DNA of 64,000 nt from contig CAYOZJ010000002.1 in assembly GCA_964408485.1 (NCBI GenBank), forward strand, positions 5,235 to 69,234, read 5' to 3'. Below, one piece after another: positions 1 to 9,646 of the stretch. This DNA comes from an uncultured Gammaproteobacteria bacterium. Its GTDB lineage: Bacteria > Patescibacteriota > Microgenomatia > Levybacterales > UBA12049. Position 1 is the stretch's first letter, and every line of letters starts with the position of its first letter. The notes beneath the pieces are model-generated. The model made no database searches. It saw nothing but the letters and a program-made list of their open reading frames with translations, and was not told where the DNA came from. Position numbers and translations under genes: made by a program.

Positions 1-642
1 AGTGAGAAAAAATCCCTTCTTTTTGAAGGAGCACAGGGAATGTATCTGGATAATGATTGGGGAACCTATCCTTTTGTCACTGCATCAAATGTATTAACCG
101 GCGCAAGTAATGCAGGAGCTGGCATTCCACCAATAAAAGATACAAAAATAATTGGTATTGTAAAAGCATATACAACTCGCGTTGGTGGCGGGCCATTTCC
201 AACAGAATTAGAAAATGCAGACGGTGAAAAACTGCGGCAAGTTGGGCATGAATTTGGTACGACAACAGGAAGAGCAAGAAGGTGTGGCTGGTTTGACGCA
301 GAACTCATTCGCTTTGCTGCACAAATTAATGGATTTACCAGTATTGCCATTACCAAATTAGATGTACTTGATACATTTACTACAATAAAAATTTGTACTG
401 GATACCGATATAAAAATAAACCTGTGCATTATTACGACCTATCTGCCGAGCAGCTTTTTGACGCAAAACCCGTATATAAGACAGTTAAGGGCTGGAATAG
501 TCCAACCAAAGGTATTACTGATTTTTCCAAACTTCCAAAACTAGCAAAGGACTACATAAAAGAATTAGAAAAGCTCACCAGCGTACCCGTGAGCCTTATC
601 TCAACAGGACCAGAAAGAGAAGCAATTATTTCTAGGTCATGA
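1..642 (+). CDS. purA: adenylosuccinate synthetase, C-terminal portion (5' end cut by window edge)
   Basis: Frame continues from nt 1 (SEKKSLLFEGAQGMYLD...). Contains the GTTTGRARRCGWFD motif typical of PurA. Stop overlaps the purB start (ATGA). Confidence 0.85.
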   Translation, partial: SEKKSLLFEGAQGMYLDNDWGTYPFVTASNVLTGASNAGAGIPPIKDTKIIGIVKAYTTRVGGGPFPTELENADGEKLRQVGHEFGTTTGRARRCGWFDAELIRFAAQINGFTSIAITKLDVLDTFTTIKICTGYRYKNKPVHYYDLSAEQLFDAKPVYKTVKGWNSPTKGITDFSKLPKLAKDYIKELEKLTSVPVSLISTGPEREAIISRS

Positions 643-2048
643 AAGACTCCTTTGATTACTCCACGTATCTCTCCCCTTTTACCATACGCTATGGATCTAA
701 AGAAATGCGATCTATCTGGTCTGAGGAGAATAGACGTATGCTTTGGAGGAAAGTCTGGGTTGCGCTAGCTAAAGCCGAATATAATGCAGGACTTATTAAC
801 AAAAAAGAATTAGCAGATATTATCTCCCACAAAGATGACATAGATATTGCAAAATCAAGAAAACGAGAGGAAAAAGTGTACCACGAGCTTATGTCTGAGA
901 TTCAGATTTTTTCTGAACAGTGTAAAATTGGTGGAGGAAAAATTCACCTAGGGGCAACGTCGACAGATATTTTAGACAATGCAACAGCACTGCAAGTACA
1001 TGAGTCTCTCATGCTAACAAAGAAAAATCTTAAACAAGTCCTTGCACTTTTTGCAGAAAAAATAAAGCAATACGAAAATACAGTCTGCATTGGTTACACC
1101 CATTTGCAGCCTGCAGAACCCACAACCTTGGGGTACAGATTTGCTTTTTATGCGCAGGATTTACTCTTGGACTTACAGACTCTTGAAAAACTTGAGCCAC
1201 TTATTAAGGGAAAAGGATTAAAAGGCGCTGTAGGAACTTCTGCAAGTTTTGAAGTACTTCTCAAAGATTCCAAAACATCTCCCGAGGAGTTGGAAAAAGA
1301 TTTTTTGGAAGAATTAGGAATTGATGCTGTTACCATTGCCAATCAAACATACCCAAGAAAAATGGATCTGCTTGTTGTTGAACTTTTAGCAAATATTGCA
1401 ACGAGTATTCATAAATTTTGTTTTGATTATCGAATTCTTCAGAGTCCGTTGTACGGCGAGTGGATGGAAAAGAGAAATTCTGAGCGCGTTGGGTCTAGTG
1501 CAATGCCGTTTAAAAGAAATCCAGATAGAGCAGAAAAAGTATGCTCCCTTTGTCGCTACGCGTCAGGATTTTTAACAGTTGCGTGGAGCAATCCTGCCAA
1601 CAGTCTCCTTGAAAGAACTCTTGATGACTCAGCATCGCAACGCCTTTTCTTACCCGAAGCTTTTTTGGCAATTGATGATTGTCTAAAAAATACAAAGATT
1701 CTTCTAGAAAATCTTGAGGTAAATACTTCTGCTGTTGAAAGAAATCTTTATACCTTTGGTCAATTTAGCGCAACCGAACCACTACTTATGGAGCTTGTTA
1801 GGAAAGGCGCAAATAGACAAGAAATGCACGAGATTATTAAATCAGCAAGCATGCAAGTCTGGCAGGCAAAAGAGATAGGACAAAATCTTTCCTTGTTTGA
1901 GATTTTAGGAAAAAACAAAATAATACTTTCTTATTTGTCTGCTAAAGAACTTCACCAATACGCATCCCCTACTTCTCATATTGGCTTGGCAAAAAAGCGG
2001 ACAAAAGCATTTCTTAGACAACTTGACAAATCAAGACATGACAAGTAA
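639..2048 (+). CDS. purB: adenylosuccinate lyase (fumarate-lyase superfamily)
   Basis: 469 aa. The N-terminus (MKDSFDYSTYLSPF...RYGSKEMRSIWSEENR) and GATSTDILDNATALQ match PurB-type lyases. Translationally coupled to purA. Confidence 0.85.
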   Translation: MKDSFDYSTYLSPFTIRYGSKEMRSIWSEENRRMLWRKVWVALAKAEYNAGLINKKELADIISHKDDIDIAKSRKREEKVYHELMSEIQIFSEQCKIGGGKIHLGATSTDILDNATALQVHESLMLTKKNLKQVLALFAEKIKQYENTVCIGYTHLQPAEPTTLGYRFAFYAQDLLLDLQTLEKLEPLIKGKGLKGAVGTSASFEVLLKDSKTSPEELEKDFLEELGIDAVTIANQTYPRKMDLLVVELLANIATSIHKFCFDYRILQSPLYGEWMEKRNSERVGSSAMPFKRNPDRAEKVCSLCRYASGFLTVAWSNPANSLLERTLDDSASQRLFLPEAFLAIDDCLKNTKILLENLEVNTSAVERNLYTFGQFSATEPLLMELVRKGANRQEMHEIIKSASMQVWQAKEIGQNLSLFEILGKNKIILSYLSAKELHQYASPTSHIGLAKKRTKAFLRQLDKSRHDK

Positions 2049-2299
2049 CGTAAAGTAATGAAAACATCAGAATCAGAAGGAACAGGAAGACTCTATATGT
2101 CAGACAGGTTAAGGGAAACACTCCAGAAATTAGCTCGTGATGGTCGCAGACATGGAGATTCATTAGCGATTGGTCAAGCAGAAACGGCGTTAGGTCAATC
2201 AACAGGAACATCAGTCCCAAAAAACAAGAGAAACAAACCAACAGTAAAACTTTCATAAATCTTCTTTTCAACAGTAATTTTCTTTAGTATTCTTTAAAT

Positions 2300-3820
2300 A
2301 TGCTTGCAAAAGTTATATCTGCGGCACTTGTTGGACTCGATAGCGTACCTATTGAAGTAGAGGTAGATATTGCTTCCCAAGGACTTCCTTCTTTCACTAT
2401 TGTTGGACTTCCGGATGAGGCTGTACGAGAAGCGAGAGAAAGAGTCCGATCTGCTTTAAAAAATTCAGGAGCAGATTTCCCTGCAAAAAGAATTACCGTT
2501 AATCTAGCTCCTGCTGATTTGCCAAAAGAAGGACCCAACTATGACTTGCCTATTGCCTTGGGCATTCTTATTGCATCTGGCCAATTACCCAATCTAGAAA
2601 AAAGCAGCATGGTACTTGGTGAATTAGCACTCGACGGAAGTGTGAGAAAAAGTCATGGCATTTTATCCCATGCACTTCTTGCAAGAGAAAAACATATCGA
2701 GCAACTATTCATTCCAACGCTCAATGCCGAGGAAGCATCCTGTATTGCAGGAATTGCTCTTTTCCCTGTGGATAACTTGGGGATATTAATGCGTCACGTC
2801 ATGGGACAAAGTCTTATTTCAGCTTATCCCTACAAGCCAATTGATACGTCCTCCTTTACCAAAAACTTTGACCACGACCTGCAGGATATTCAGGGTCAGG
2901 AAAAAGCAAAAAGAGCACTGGAAATTGCTGCGGCTGGTGGGCATAACATTCTTATGAAAGGACCTCCAGGAAGTGGCAAGACACTTCTTGCCCGAACATT
3001 AGCTTCTATTTTACCAACGCTTACTTTTCCGGAAGTTTTGGAATTAACGAAAATTTATAGTGCTACTGGCCTTAATCAAGATGGATTTGTGACAATTCGG
3101 CCTTTCAGAAGTCCCCACCATACAACATCTGCAATTGCTATTATTGGTGGCGGAAGCTATCCCAAGCCTGGAGAAATTTCTCTGGCCCATAGAGGAGTAT
3201 TATTTTTAGACGAACTTCCAGAATTCCCACGCATTGTTCTTGAATCACTCAGACAACCAATAGAAGATGGTGTTGTTACCATAGCTCGTGCTCAAGGAAG
3301 AGTTACTTTTCCTGCGAAAGCAATGATTATTGCGGCGCAAAACCCTTGTCCATGTGGATATCTTGGGGATAACTCGCGTGTATGTACCTGTAGCCCTGCG
3401 CAAATTATTCGCTATCAAAAGAAAATCTCTGGCCCACTTTTGGACAGAATTGATATCCATATTGAAGTTCCAAAAGTAGAAACAGGTAAATTAACTGCTC
3501 AACAGAAAGGAGAAAGCTCTGACTTAGTTAGAAACAGAGTCCAAAAAGCACGAGATAAGCAAACCACTCGATTTATCGGTACTCCTCTTTCAAGCAATGC
3601 AGACATGGACAGTAAAGACATAAAATTGTTCTGTGAACTTAATCAAGAATGTTTGGATATTCTCAAACGCGCAGTTGATATGTTTCATTTGTCTGCAAGA
3701 AGTTATTATCGAATAATCAAACTTGCCAGGACTATTGCAGATTTGGAAGAGAGTGATGAAATTAAACAAGAATATATTGCAGAAGCTTTACAATACAGAC
3801 CAAAACAAAACAGTTTATAA
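2300..3820 (+). CDS. comM: YifB/ComM family Mg-chelatase-like AAA+ ATPase
   Basis: 506 aa. YifB N-terminal domain (LVGLDSVPIEVEVDI...GLPDEAVREARERVRSAL), Walker A GPPGSGKT, Walker B LFLDELPEF and a C-terminal MCM-like region. Confidence 0.8.
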   Translation: MLAKVISAALVGLDSVPIEVEVDIASQGLPSFTIVGLPDEAVREARERVRSALKNSGADFPAKRITVNLAPADLPKEGPNYDLPIALGILIASGQLPNLEKSSMVLGELALDGSVRKSHGILSHALLAREKHIEQLFIPTLNAEEASCIAGIALFPVDNLGILMRHVMGQSLISAYPYKPIDTSSFTKNFDHDLQDIQGQEKAKRALEIAAAGGHNILMKGPPGSGKTLLARTLASILPTLTFPEVLELTKIYSATGLNQDGFVTIRPFRSPHHTTSAIAIIGGGSYPKPGEISLAHRGVLFLDELPEFPRIVLESLRQPIEDGVVTIARAQGRVTFPAKAMIIAAQNPCPCGYLGDNSRVCTCSPAQIIRYQKKISGPLLDRIDIHIEVPKVETGKLTAQQKGESSDLVRNRVQKARDKQTTRFIGTPLSSNADMDSKDIKLFCELNQECLDILKRAVDMFHLSARSYYRIIKLARTIADLEESDEIKQEYIAEALQYRPKQNSL

Positions 3821-3832
3821 CTCACTGAGGCT

Positions 3833-4156
3833 CTATTTACTTGAATCGGGTTGTTCAGAGAATCTCCAACGACCACCAAATCTTTTCCCCGTTGTAACTT
3901 CTCCTGAAGAGATTTCTTCTCCTCGTTGACCCTGAGCATCGAGAAGATACATTGAAGTAGATCCATCTCCCGCAACCATTTGAATTCCCTCTCCAGTTAC
4001 TTTTGTACCATCTGCTGTAACTGCTACAGCACTGCCTGGATATGAAGCTACAACTACTTTTTTAGCTCTACCTCTTGGTGAAAGAACCGCATAGCCCGTA
4101 TCGGGCAATTGTCTACCAAATGCTTTTAGACCGTAATCAACTCTTATAACTGACAT
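3833..4156 (-). CDS. hypothetical protein (Gly-rich, 107 aa)
   Basis: ORF only; no recognisable motif. Confidence 0.2.
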   Translation of the reverse strand: MSVIRVDYGLKAFGRQLPDTGYAVLSPRGRAKKVVVASYPGSAVAVTADGTKVTGEGIQMVAGDGSTSMYLLDAQGQRGEEISSGEVTTGKRFGGRWRFSEQPDSSK

Positions 4157-4214
4157 GATTGGTATTATAGTATGAAAATATTTTCAAGTCAACTCTACTG
4201 ATGCTCCATGGAGA

Positions 4215-4655
4215 TTATTCAAATGTGTGAAGACCCATGAGTTTTCTCATTTTCGCATCAATAACACGTTGTCCAACAGTCACGTCATGACGCGTCTGGG
4301 GAGATAAATTTAATTTAAGAATTTCCCTTGGCCCAAACCATTTACAAATTTTCCCGTCGCGAGATTGAGCAAGCGCTGTTTTAAGACTGGTTACCGGTGC
4401 ATAGGTAATAGAATAATTTTTACTCGCGTCTTCATTAAGATACGTATAGACTTCTTGAATTGTCTTAATAACAAGCTTTAATTGAAGGGTATTGCGAATA
4501 AGATCAGCAAATGTTGTTGCAGGATTGGCATCTTCTTCTACTTCTTCTGATTCAAAAAGAGACCAAGAAGGACTTATGGACTGGATTTGCTGCAGGAGAA
4601 TTTGATTACTAGGCTCGTGGTAGAGAAATCCGCTTACGTATAAACCTTTATGCAT
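4215..4655 (-). CDS. hypothetical protein (146 aa)
   Basis: ORF with good coding appearance; no motif recognised. Confidence 0.3.
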   Translation of the reverse strand: MHKGLYVSGFLYHEPSNQILLQQIQSISPSWSLFESEEVEEDANPATTFADLIRNTLQLKLVIKTIQEVYTYLNEDASKNYSITYAPVTSLKTALAQSRDGKICKWFGPREILKLNLSPQTRHDVTVGQRVIDAKMRKLMGLHTFE

Positions 4656-4973
4656 TCATCTCTACTATAGCACAAACCTGGCTAAGAAGTACGAAATGAA
4701 TTACTATAAACATTCTTTCTTGCCATTTTCTTACATTCAGCTTATAATAACTTCACTATGACAGATAAATTACATTGGACATCTCGTGGTACCGCGTATG
4801 CAAGTAAAGGAAACGTTGTTCGCCCTCGCATAGGATGGAATGGTCCAAGGATAAGGCCAATTGATTTTGGGAGAGTAGATTTTGCAGCAGATGAACCAGT
4901 TGATCAATCTAGACTACCAAATAATGTTGATGCTGCATTTGCTTCTCCTAGAAAAAAACGATTTGTGCCTGAT

Positions 4974-5987
4974 TTAGGATAACTTTCCCTTCCCTTTTTT
5001 ACCCAAATGTTCGTACGCAGTATCTGTAACCATTCTTCCTCTGGATGTTTTTTTAAGAAATCCCAACTGCATGAGAAATGGCTCAATCATATCCTCAAGG
5101 GTATTGCTGTCCTCAGAAAGAGTGGATGCAAGCGTTTCTATACCAACTGGTCCACCATTATGAAAGTCTATAATTGTTGTTAGGAAGCGAATATCTGATT
5201 TATCAAGTCCTTTGTTATCAATTTCTAGCATAGTTAACACTTCATGGATAATTCCATCTGTCACCTTCCCTTTTCCTTTAACCTGAGCAAAATCCCGAGC
5301 ACGTTTGAGAAGCTTAAGAGCAATACGAGGCGTACCCCGAGACCTTTTAGAGATTTCCTTAAGACTCTCTTTATCTATTTCCATTTCCATTTTCTCACTT
5401 GCCCTTTGAATAATTTTTTCGAGCTCTAAAGGAGAGTAGAATTCAAGTCTATGTGTAAGACCAAATCTGTCCCGCAAAGGACTAGAGAGCGCTCCTGCTT
5501 TGGTTGTTGCACCAATAATAGTAAACTGTGGTAAATCAAGCCGTAGAGTACGTGCTGCAGGTCCTTTCCCTATGACTATGTCTAAGGCATAATCTTCCAT
5601 TGCCGGATACAATACTTCCTCAACTACTTTGTTGAGTCTATGAATTTCATCAATAAAAAGGATGTCTCCTTTTTCCAGATTTGTCAGAATTGCTGCCAAA
5701 TCTCCTGCTCGCTCTATTGCAGGACCAGATGTTACACGAATATTAGCTCCCATTTCCTTCGCAATTAAATGAGCAAGAGTTGTCTTTCCAAGACCAGGAG
5801 GTCCGTATAAAAGTACATGCTCTACTGCTTCCTCCCGCTTTTTTGCAGCCTGAATCGCAATAAGGAGTGCTTCTTTAACTGTTTCTTGTCCAAAAAATTC
5901 ATCCCAATTACCTGCGCGAAGACTAACCAGTAGCTTTTCTTCTTCGGGAGTTGATTCTAATTCTTTTTCAATAAGTGGCTCACTCAT
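4974..5987 (-). CDS. ruvB: Holliday junction branch-migration helicase RuvB
   Basis: 337 aa. Walker [13 protein letters not shown], Walker [11 protein letters not shown] and the RuvB C-terminal winged helix. Confidence 0.9.
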   Translation of the reverse strand: MSEPLIEKELESTPEEEKLLVSLRAGNWDEFFGQETVKEALLIAIQAAKKREEAVEHVLLYGPPGLGKTTLAHLIAKEMGANIRVTSGPAIERAGDLAAILTNLEKGDILFIDEIHRLNKVVEEVLYPAMEDYALDIVIGKGPAARTLRLDLPQFTIIGATTKAGALSSPLRDRFGLTHRLEFYSPLELEKIIQRASEKMEMEIDKESLKEISKRSRGTPRIALKLLKRARDFAQVKGKGKVTDGIIHEVLTMLEIDNKGLDKSDIRFLTTIIDFHNGGPVGIETLASTLSEDSNTLEDMIEPFLMQLGFLKKTSRGRMVTDTAYEHLGKKGKGKLS

Positions 5988-6098
5988 ATATACTCCTTGT
6001 CATTCTGGCTTGTCAGCGCCGCTTCGGCGAAGCAAGTACTGAATCGAGTAAATCTAGATCCTGGATGCGCTACGCTTACCAGGATGACAGATAAACTG

Positions 6099-6662
6099 TC
6101 ATTTTCCAAGGTATTTTAGCGCTAATTTTATTTTTTCCTCTGTTGTCTTCCCTTTTTCTCCAACTTCTCTCACTGCTTTACGTGCTTCATCTGTATTAAA
6201 TCCAAATTGTGTTAATGCGCTAACCACATCTGACTCTCCTTCTGCTAAATCTAGCTCTTCCACAGCTCCCAATTTATTCTTTAGCTCAATAATAATTTTT
6301 TGTGCATTCTTTTTACCTAGTCGCGGTACTCCAGTAAAAAAGTCCACATCTGCCTTTCGAATTGCCTGCAAAATCTCGTCTTTTTTACCTAAGGCAAATA
6401 CGTTAATTGCTGTTTTTGGCCCAACTCCATTGACACTAATTAATAGCTCAAACAGCTCAAGAGATGCTTCGTCTTCAAATCCATAGAGCTCAAGCGCATC
6501 TTCCCGAACATGAGTATGAATATACACAGTCAAAGAATCTCCAATATGAAACTTTTGCAAAATATCATGCGATCCGTAGACTTTATATCCAACCCCATTT
6601 ACATCAATCAGAAGATATGGATCATGTCGAGAAAGAAGTTTGCCGGACAGATAGCCAATCAT
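6099..6662 (-). CDS. ruvA: Holliday junction DNA-binding protein RuvA
   Basis: 187 aa. MIGYLSGKL...IDVNGVGYKV N-terminus and HhH motifs (GVGPKTA). Confidence 0.85.
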   Translation of the reverse strand: MIGYLSGKLLSRHDPYLLIDVNGVGYKVYGSHDILQKFHIGDSLTVYIHTHVREDALELYGFEDEASLELFELLISVNGVGPKTAINVFALGKKDEILQAIRKADVDFFTGVPRLGKKNAQKIIIELKNKLGAVEELDLAEGESDVVSALTQFGFNTDEARKAVREVGEKGKTTEEKIKLALKYLGK

Positions 6663-6674
6663 AAAGTTATTCGA

Positions 6675-7232
6675 TTATAACACGAAGGGAATGAGCATTT
6701 TTGTGCGTAATTGATAGTCTGTATATTTCTTTCCAAAATGCGCTACAAGCAGTGTTTCTTCCTTCTTTGCTTGAAGAAAAAATGGGATAAAGAAAAAAAG
6801 AAAAGATATCCATAACCAACTTCCCATAAGAAGTTCCATTCCTACATAACTCACAACAAATCCCGCGTAGATAGGATGACGAACAATTTTATATACACCG
6901 CTTGTTACTAATTTTTGTTTTGGCGTTACTCGGGAAGCTGCAGCATATACCCATAGATTGCCCAACTGTCTCTTTGCAGCAAATGCTCCCACTACACCAA
7001 TAACGACCAATAAAAACCCCGCAACAACTACCCATATATCCTGGTGCATTGGAAAAATATTTTTCTTACCAAAAAGCTGGGTGGCAATAAGAAAAAGCAA
7101 AAACGCTTCTGCACATTGAGAAAATACTACCCATTTCCATTTTTTCTCTTGAATGGTAAGCGATAACCCGATCCAATAAGAAAAGCGGAGAAAAAGAAGA
7201 ATAAATCCTGTAACTTGCAATAATTCACGCAT
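6675..7232 (-). CDS. isoprenylcysteine carboxyl methyltransferase (ICMT)/phospholipid methyltransferase-like membrane protein
   Basis: 185 aa polytopic protein. The C-terminal RHPIYAGF...E motif is characteristic of the ICMT/PEMT family. Inserted between ruvA and ruvC. Confidence 0.5.
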   Translation of the reverse strand: MRELLQVTGFILLFLRFSYWIGLSLTIQEKKWKWVVFSQCAEAFLLFLIATQLFGKKNIFPMHQDIWVVVAGFLLVVIGVVGAFAAKRQLGNLWVYAAASRVTPKQKLVTSGVYKIVRHPIYAGFVVSYVGMELLMGSWLWISFLFFFIPFFLQAKKEETLLVAHFGKKYTDYQLRTKMLIPFVL

Positions 7233-7701
7233 ACTTTTTACTCACCGCATGAGTAAGGGCAACTGCTAATGCATCAGCTGTATCGTCTGGCTTTGGAACC
7301 TCTGCTAATTTAAGCTGCAGCTTTACCATTTGCCCAACTTGTTTTTTATCTGCCTTACCATATCCTGTTACTGCAGATTTTACCTGTGATGGTGTATACA
7401 CAAAAACATCAAGATTTTTCTGTGATGCTGCCAATAACACCACTCCCCTTGCCTGTCCGACGCTAAATGCAGTAGATACATTTTTGGCAAAAAAAAGGTC
7501 TTCAATAGAGAGCGTATCAGGCTTATATTCATCGATAATCCGGCACACCTCATCATAAATGGCATAAAGCCTACCGGGAATATCTGATTTTGGCTCTGTT
7601 TCTACACACCCAAACCCATACACTTTAAAAGATACTCCTGATTTTTCTATAACTCCCCATCCCATTCTTCCAATACCAGGATCTATGCCTAAAATCTTCA
7701 T
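7225..7701 (-). CDS. ruvC: crossover junction endodeoxyribonuclease RuvC
   Basis: 158 aa. MKILGIDPGIGRMGWGV, catalytic Asp/Glu positions and the RuvC resolvase fold. Confidence 0.9.
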   Translation of the reverse strand: MKILGIDPGIGRMGWGVIEKSGVSFKVYGFGCVETEPKSDIPGRLYAIYDEVCRIIDEYKPDTLSIEDLFFAKNVSTAFSVGQARGVVLLAASQKNLDVFVYTPSQVKSAVTGYGKADKKQVGQMVKLQLKLAEVPKPDDTADALAVALTHAVSKKYA

Positions 7702-7795
7702 AAAACGTAAAACTAAAAGTGAAAAACTAAAAATAAAAGCACTTTATTTTACGCTTTGCGCTTAACACTTTTAGCTTACTTATACTAACGTACAT

Positions 7796-7824
7796 TTGCA
7801 TTCAAAACAAGCTTAACGTATAAT
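7796..7824 (+). promoter_or_regulatory. sigma70-like promoter for rplY (TTGCAT-17-TATAAT), 7 nt before ATG (leaderless-type)
   Basis: -35 TTGCAT at 7796..7801, a 17-bp spacer, -10 TATAAT at 7819..7824, and ATG at 7832. Confidence 0.4.
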
Positions 7825-7831
7825 AGCTTTT

Positions 7832-8536
7832 ATGAAGAGAACTAGCCTCCCAGTTGCCAAAAGAAGTGTCTTTGGCAAGAAAGTAAAAAAACTCCGAAAA
7901 TCTGGTACTCTTCCTGGTAATGTATACGGCAAAGAATTAAAATCTATTGCTGTTGAAATGCCAACAAAGGAATTTTTAGCTGTATTTAAAGAAGCAGGAC
8001 ATTCTGGCGTTGTTGACTTAAAATTAGGTGAGGAAGTTATTCCAACTCTCGTCCATGAAGTAACATACGATCATATTAATGATATTCCACTTCATGTTGA
8101 TTTCTATAAAGTTAACCTTAAAGAAAAAGTAAAAGCAACCGTACCCGTTGTCCTGATTGGCGAACCTACAGCTGTTACTGAAAAACTTGGACTTTTGCTC
8201 CAAAACTTAAATGAAGTTGAAGTTGAGGCTCTTCCTACAGACTTACCTGAAAAAATTGAAATTGATGTTACCCACTTGGCGCAAGTTGGCGATATGGTAA
8301 AAGTTGCAGACATGAAAGTTGCAGGAGATGTAGCTATTATGGCTGACATGGAGCAAGAAGTTGCCAAAATTGCAGAGCTCGTGAGTAAAGAGGCAGAAGA
8401 ACAAGCAGCAGCAGAAGCAGCTGAGGCCGAAGCAGCAAGTACAGAAGGCGGAGAAGCGCCAGCAGAAGGCGAAACAGCAGGACAAGAATCAGGAGAAGCT
8501 CCTGCAGAACCTGCAGCTGAAGAGAAAAAAGAATAA
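7832..8536 (+). CDS. rplY: 50S ribosomal protein L25/general stress protein Ctc, with acidic Ala/Glu-rich C-terminal tail
   Basis: 234 aa. The N-terminal L25 fold (RSVFGKKVKKLRKSGTLPGNVYG...) and the Ctc-type β-barrel C-domain. The tail is low complexity (EAEEQAAAEAAEAEAAS...). Confidence 0.8.
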   Translation: MKRTSLPVAKRSVFGKKVKKLRKSGTLPGNVYGKELKSIAVEMPTKEFLAVFKEAGHSGVVDLKLGEEVIPTLVHEVTYDHINDIPLHVDFYKVNLKEKVKATVPVVLIGEPTAVTEKLGLLLQNLNEVEVEALPTDLPEKIEIDVTHLAQVGDMVKVADMKVAGDVAIMADMEQEVAKIAELVSKEAEEQAAAEAAEAEAASTEGGEAPAEGETAGQESGEAPAEPAAEEKKE

Positions 8537-8626
8537 CCTCATCCTTTACCTTCTAACCTCCGAGCTAATTCCTGACGCATTTCTTTAAGAGAAAATCCAC
8601 TGGATTTTGACTCTCTTTTTAGAAGT

Positions 8627-9112
8627 TTAAATGAAGTTTTTAATAATTGGGCTCACTAGAGCAGTAAAATCTTTTGCGTACATTGCTATTGAAAATCGCC
8701 TATCGCCTGCATTAAAAACAATTTTCTCATTCTTAAGAAGAGTCGCATCTACATACACATCCAGACCAAATAGATTGCCAAATGGTGGTACGCCTCCAGG
8801 CACTACGCCATTGGTAATTCTGTATACTTCGTCTTGCGTTGCAAATCGTATTTCCTTTGCATCGGTCACTGATTTTACCCTGCTACTAGATAGTCTTCTA
8901 TCTCCAGGCAAAACACACATAATAAATTTCTTTTCTCCATTTCTCAACTTTGCTTTGAGAATGAGTGCTTTTGCACCTTGGGAAATTGAGTATCCATGAC
9001 GAAGCTTGGCTGCCTCCTCACTTGTCCGCACTTCCTCATGCTCAAACGTTTCATACCAAACTCCTTTTTCTCTTAAGAGCTCTTGAATTGCTGTAACCAA
9101 TTGGTGATACAT
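8627..9112 (-). CDS. YbaK/ProX-family aminoacyl-tRNA deacylase (trans-editing)
   Basis: Start moved to the Met at 9112 so it does not overlap the upstream gene. YbaK-like core (…LPGDRRLSSSRVKSV…GGVPPFG…). There is a 1-nt gap to the upstream CDS, so the two are likely co-transcribed. Confidence 0.6.
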   Translation of the reverse strand: MYHQLVTAIQELLREKGVWYETFEHEEVRTSEEAAKLRHGYSISQGAKALILKAKLRNGEKKFIMCVLPGDRRLSSSRVKSVTDAKEIRFATQDEVYRITNGVVPGGVPPFGNLFGLDVYVDATLLKNEKIVFNAGDRRFSIAMYAKDFTALVSPIIKNFI

Positions 9113-9113
9113 A

Positions 9114-9602
9114 TTATTTTTGAATAAATCTGGCTGTTTTAACGCTTTTTCGACACTTTTCCCATGGAAAGATTTTCCCACTCATTGCAATATACACACC
9201 TTTTCCTAAAAAATCTATTGCCCCCACTGCGATTCCAATATTAAATGGTGCATCTGAATCCAGAAATCGCTCAGGAATAAGTGCCCCAGTAAGAACAATT
9301 GTCTTTTTCAGACCACATAAAACTTCTGCCGTTTGCACCATGGTGTCTGTTCCATGTGTAATAATAATCTTTTCTATGCTACTTTTCTCACATACTTTTC
9401 TGATTTTCTCTCTGTCTTTTTGTGTTATATCTAAGCTATCTTTTTGTAAAAGTGGCACAATTTCATAGCTAAATCCAGGTTTCACTATTTTTAGAACTCT
9501 CTTAACAGCAGGGTCAGCTATCTCGAATGCATAGCTTTTTATTTTCTTGGGGTAATCTTTATCGATTGTCCCACCTGTTTGAATAAATAATATTTTTGCC
9601 AT
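9114..9602 (-). CDS. L-asparaginase/glutaminase family protein, N-terminal catalytic domain only (162 aa)
   Basis: FIQTGGTIDKDY (TGGTI threonine motif) and IITHGTDTM (HGTDT motif) are asparaginase N-domain signatures. The C-terminal domain is absent. Confidence 0.6.
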   Translation of the reverse strand: MAKILFIQTGGTIDKDYPKKIKSYAFEIADPAVKRVLKIVKPGFSYEIVPLLQKDSLDITQKDREKIRKVCEKSSIEKIIITHGTDTMVQTAEVLCGLKKTIVLTGALIPERFLDSDAPFNIGIAVGAIDFLGKGVYIAMSGKIFPWEKCRKSVKTARFIQK

Positions 9603-9646
9603 AAAAAAATCCCTTCCACATTACCTGCTTTGGTAATATGTAAGGG
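9603..9646 (-). terminator. intrinsic terminator immediately 5' of the asparaginase-like ORF (attenuator of the T-box-like leader)
   Basis: Minus strand reads CCCTTACATATTACC-AAAGCA-GGTAATGTGGAAGGG, a 15-bp stem with one mismatch, followed by ATTTTTTT and then ATG. Confidence 0.6.

Noticed and set aside
66-356. Antisense and shadow ORFs inside well-supported genes. Examples: 66..356(-), 1148..1342(-), 8104..8367(-), 13277..13581(+), 18519..19178(+), 26374..26762(-), 30864..31217(+), 34638..35156(+), 57078..57374(+), 58939..59421(-), 60268..60603(-).
   Set aside because: They lie entirely within longer ORFs that carry strong family motifs on the other strand or frame. Low-complexity translations are typical of frame shadows.
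2049-2299. Small overlapping ORFs (2058..2258 + and 2014..2271 -) in the purB-yifB spacer.
   Set aside because: They are mutually exclusive, have no motifs, and the region has only weak coding signal. It is left unannotated. A small protein or ncRNA cannot be excluded.
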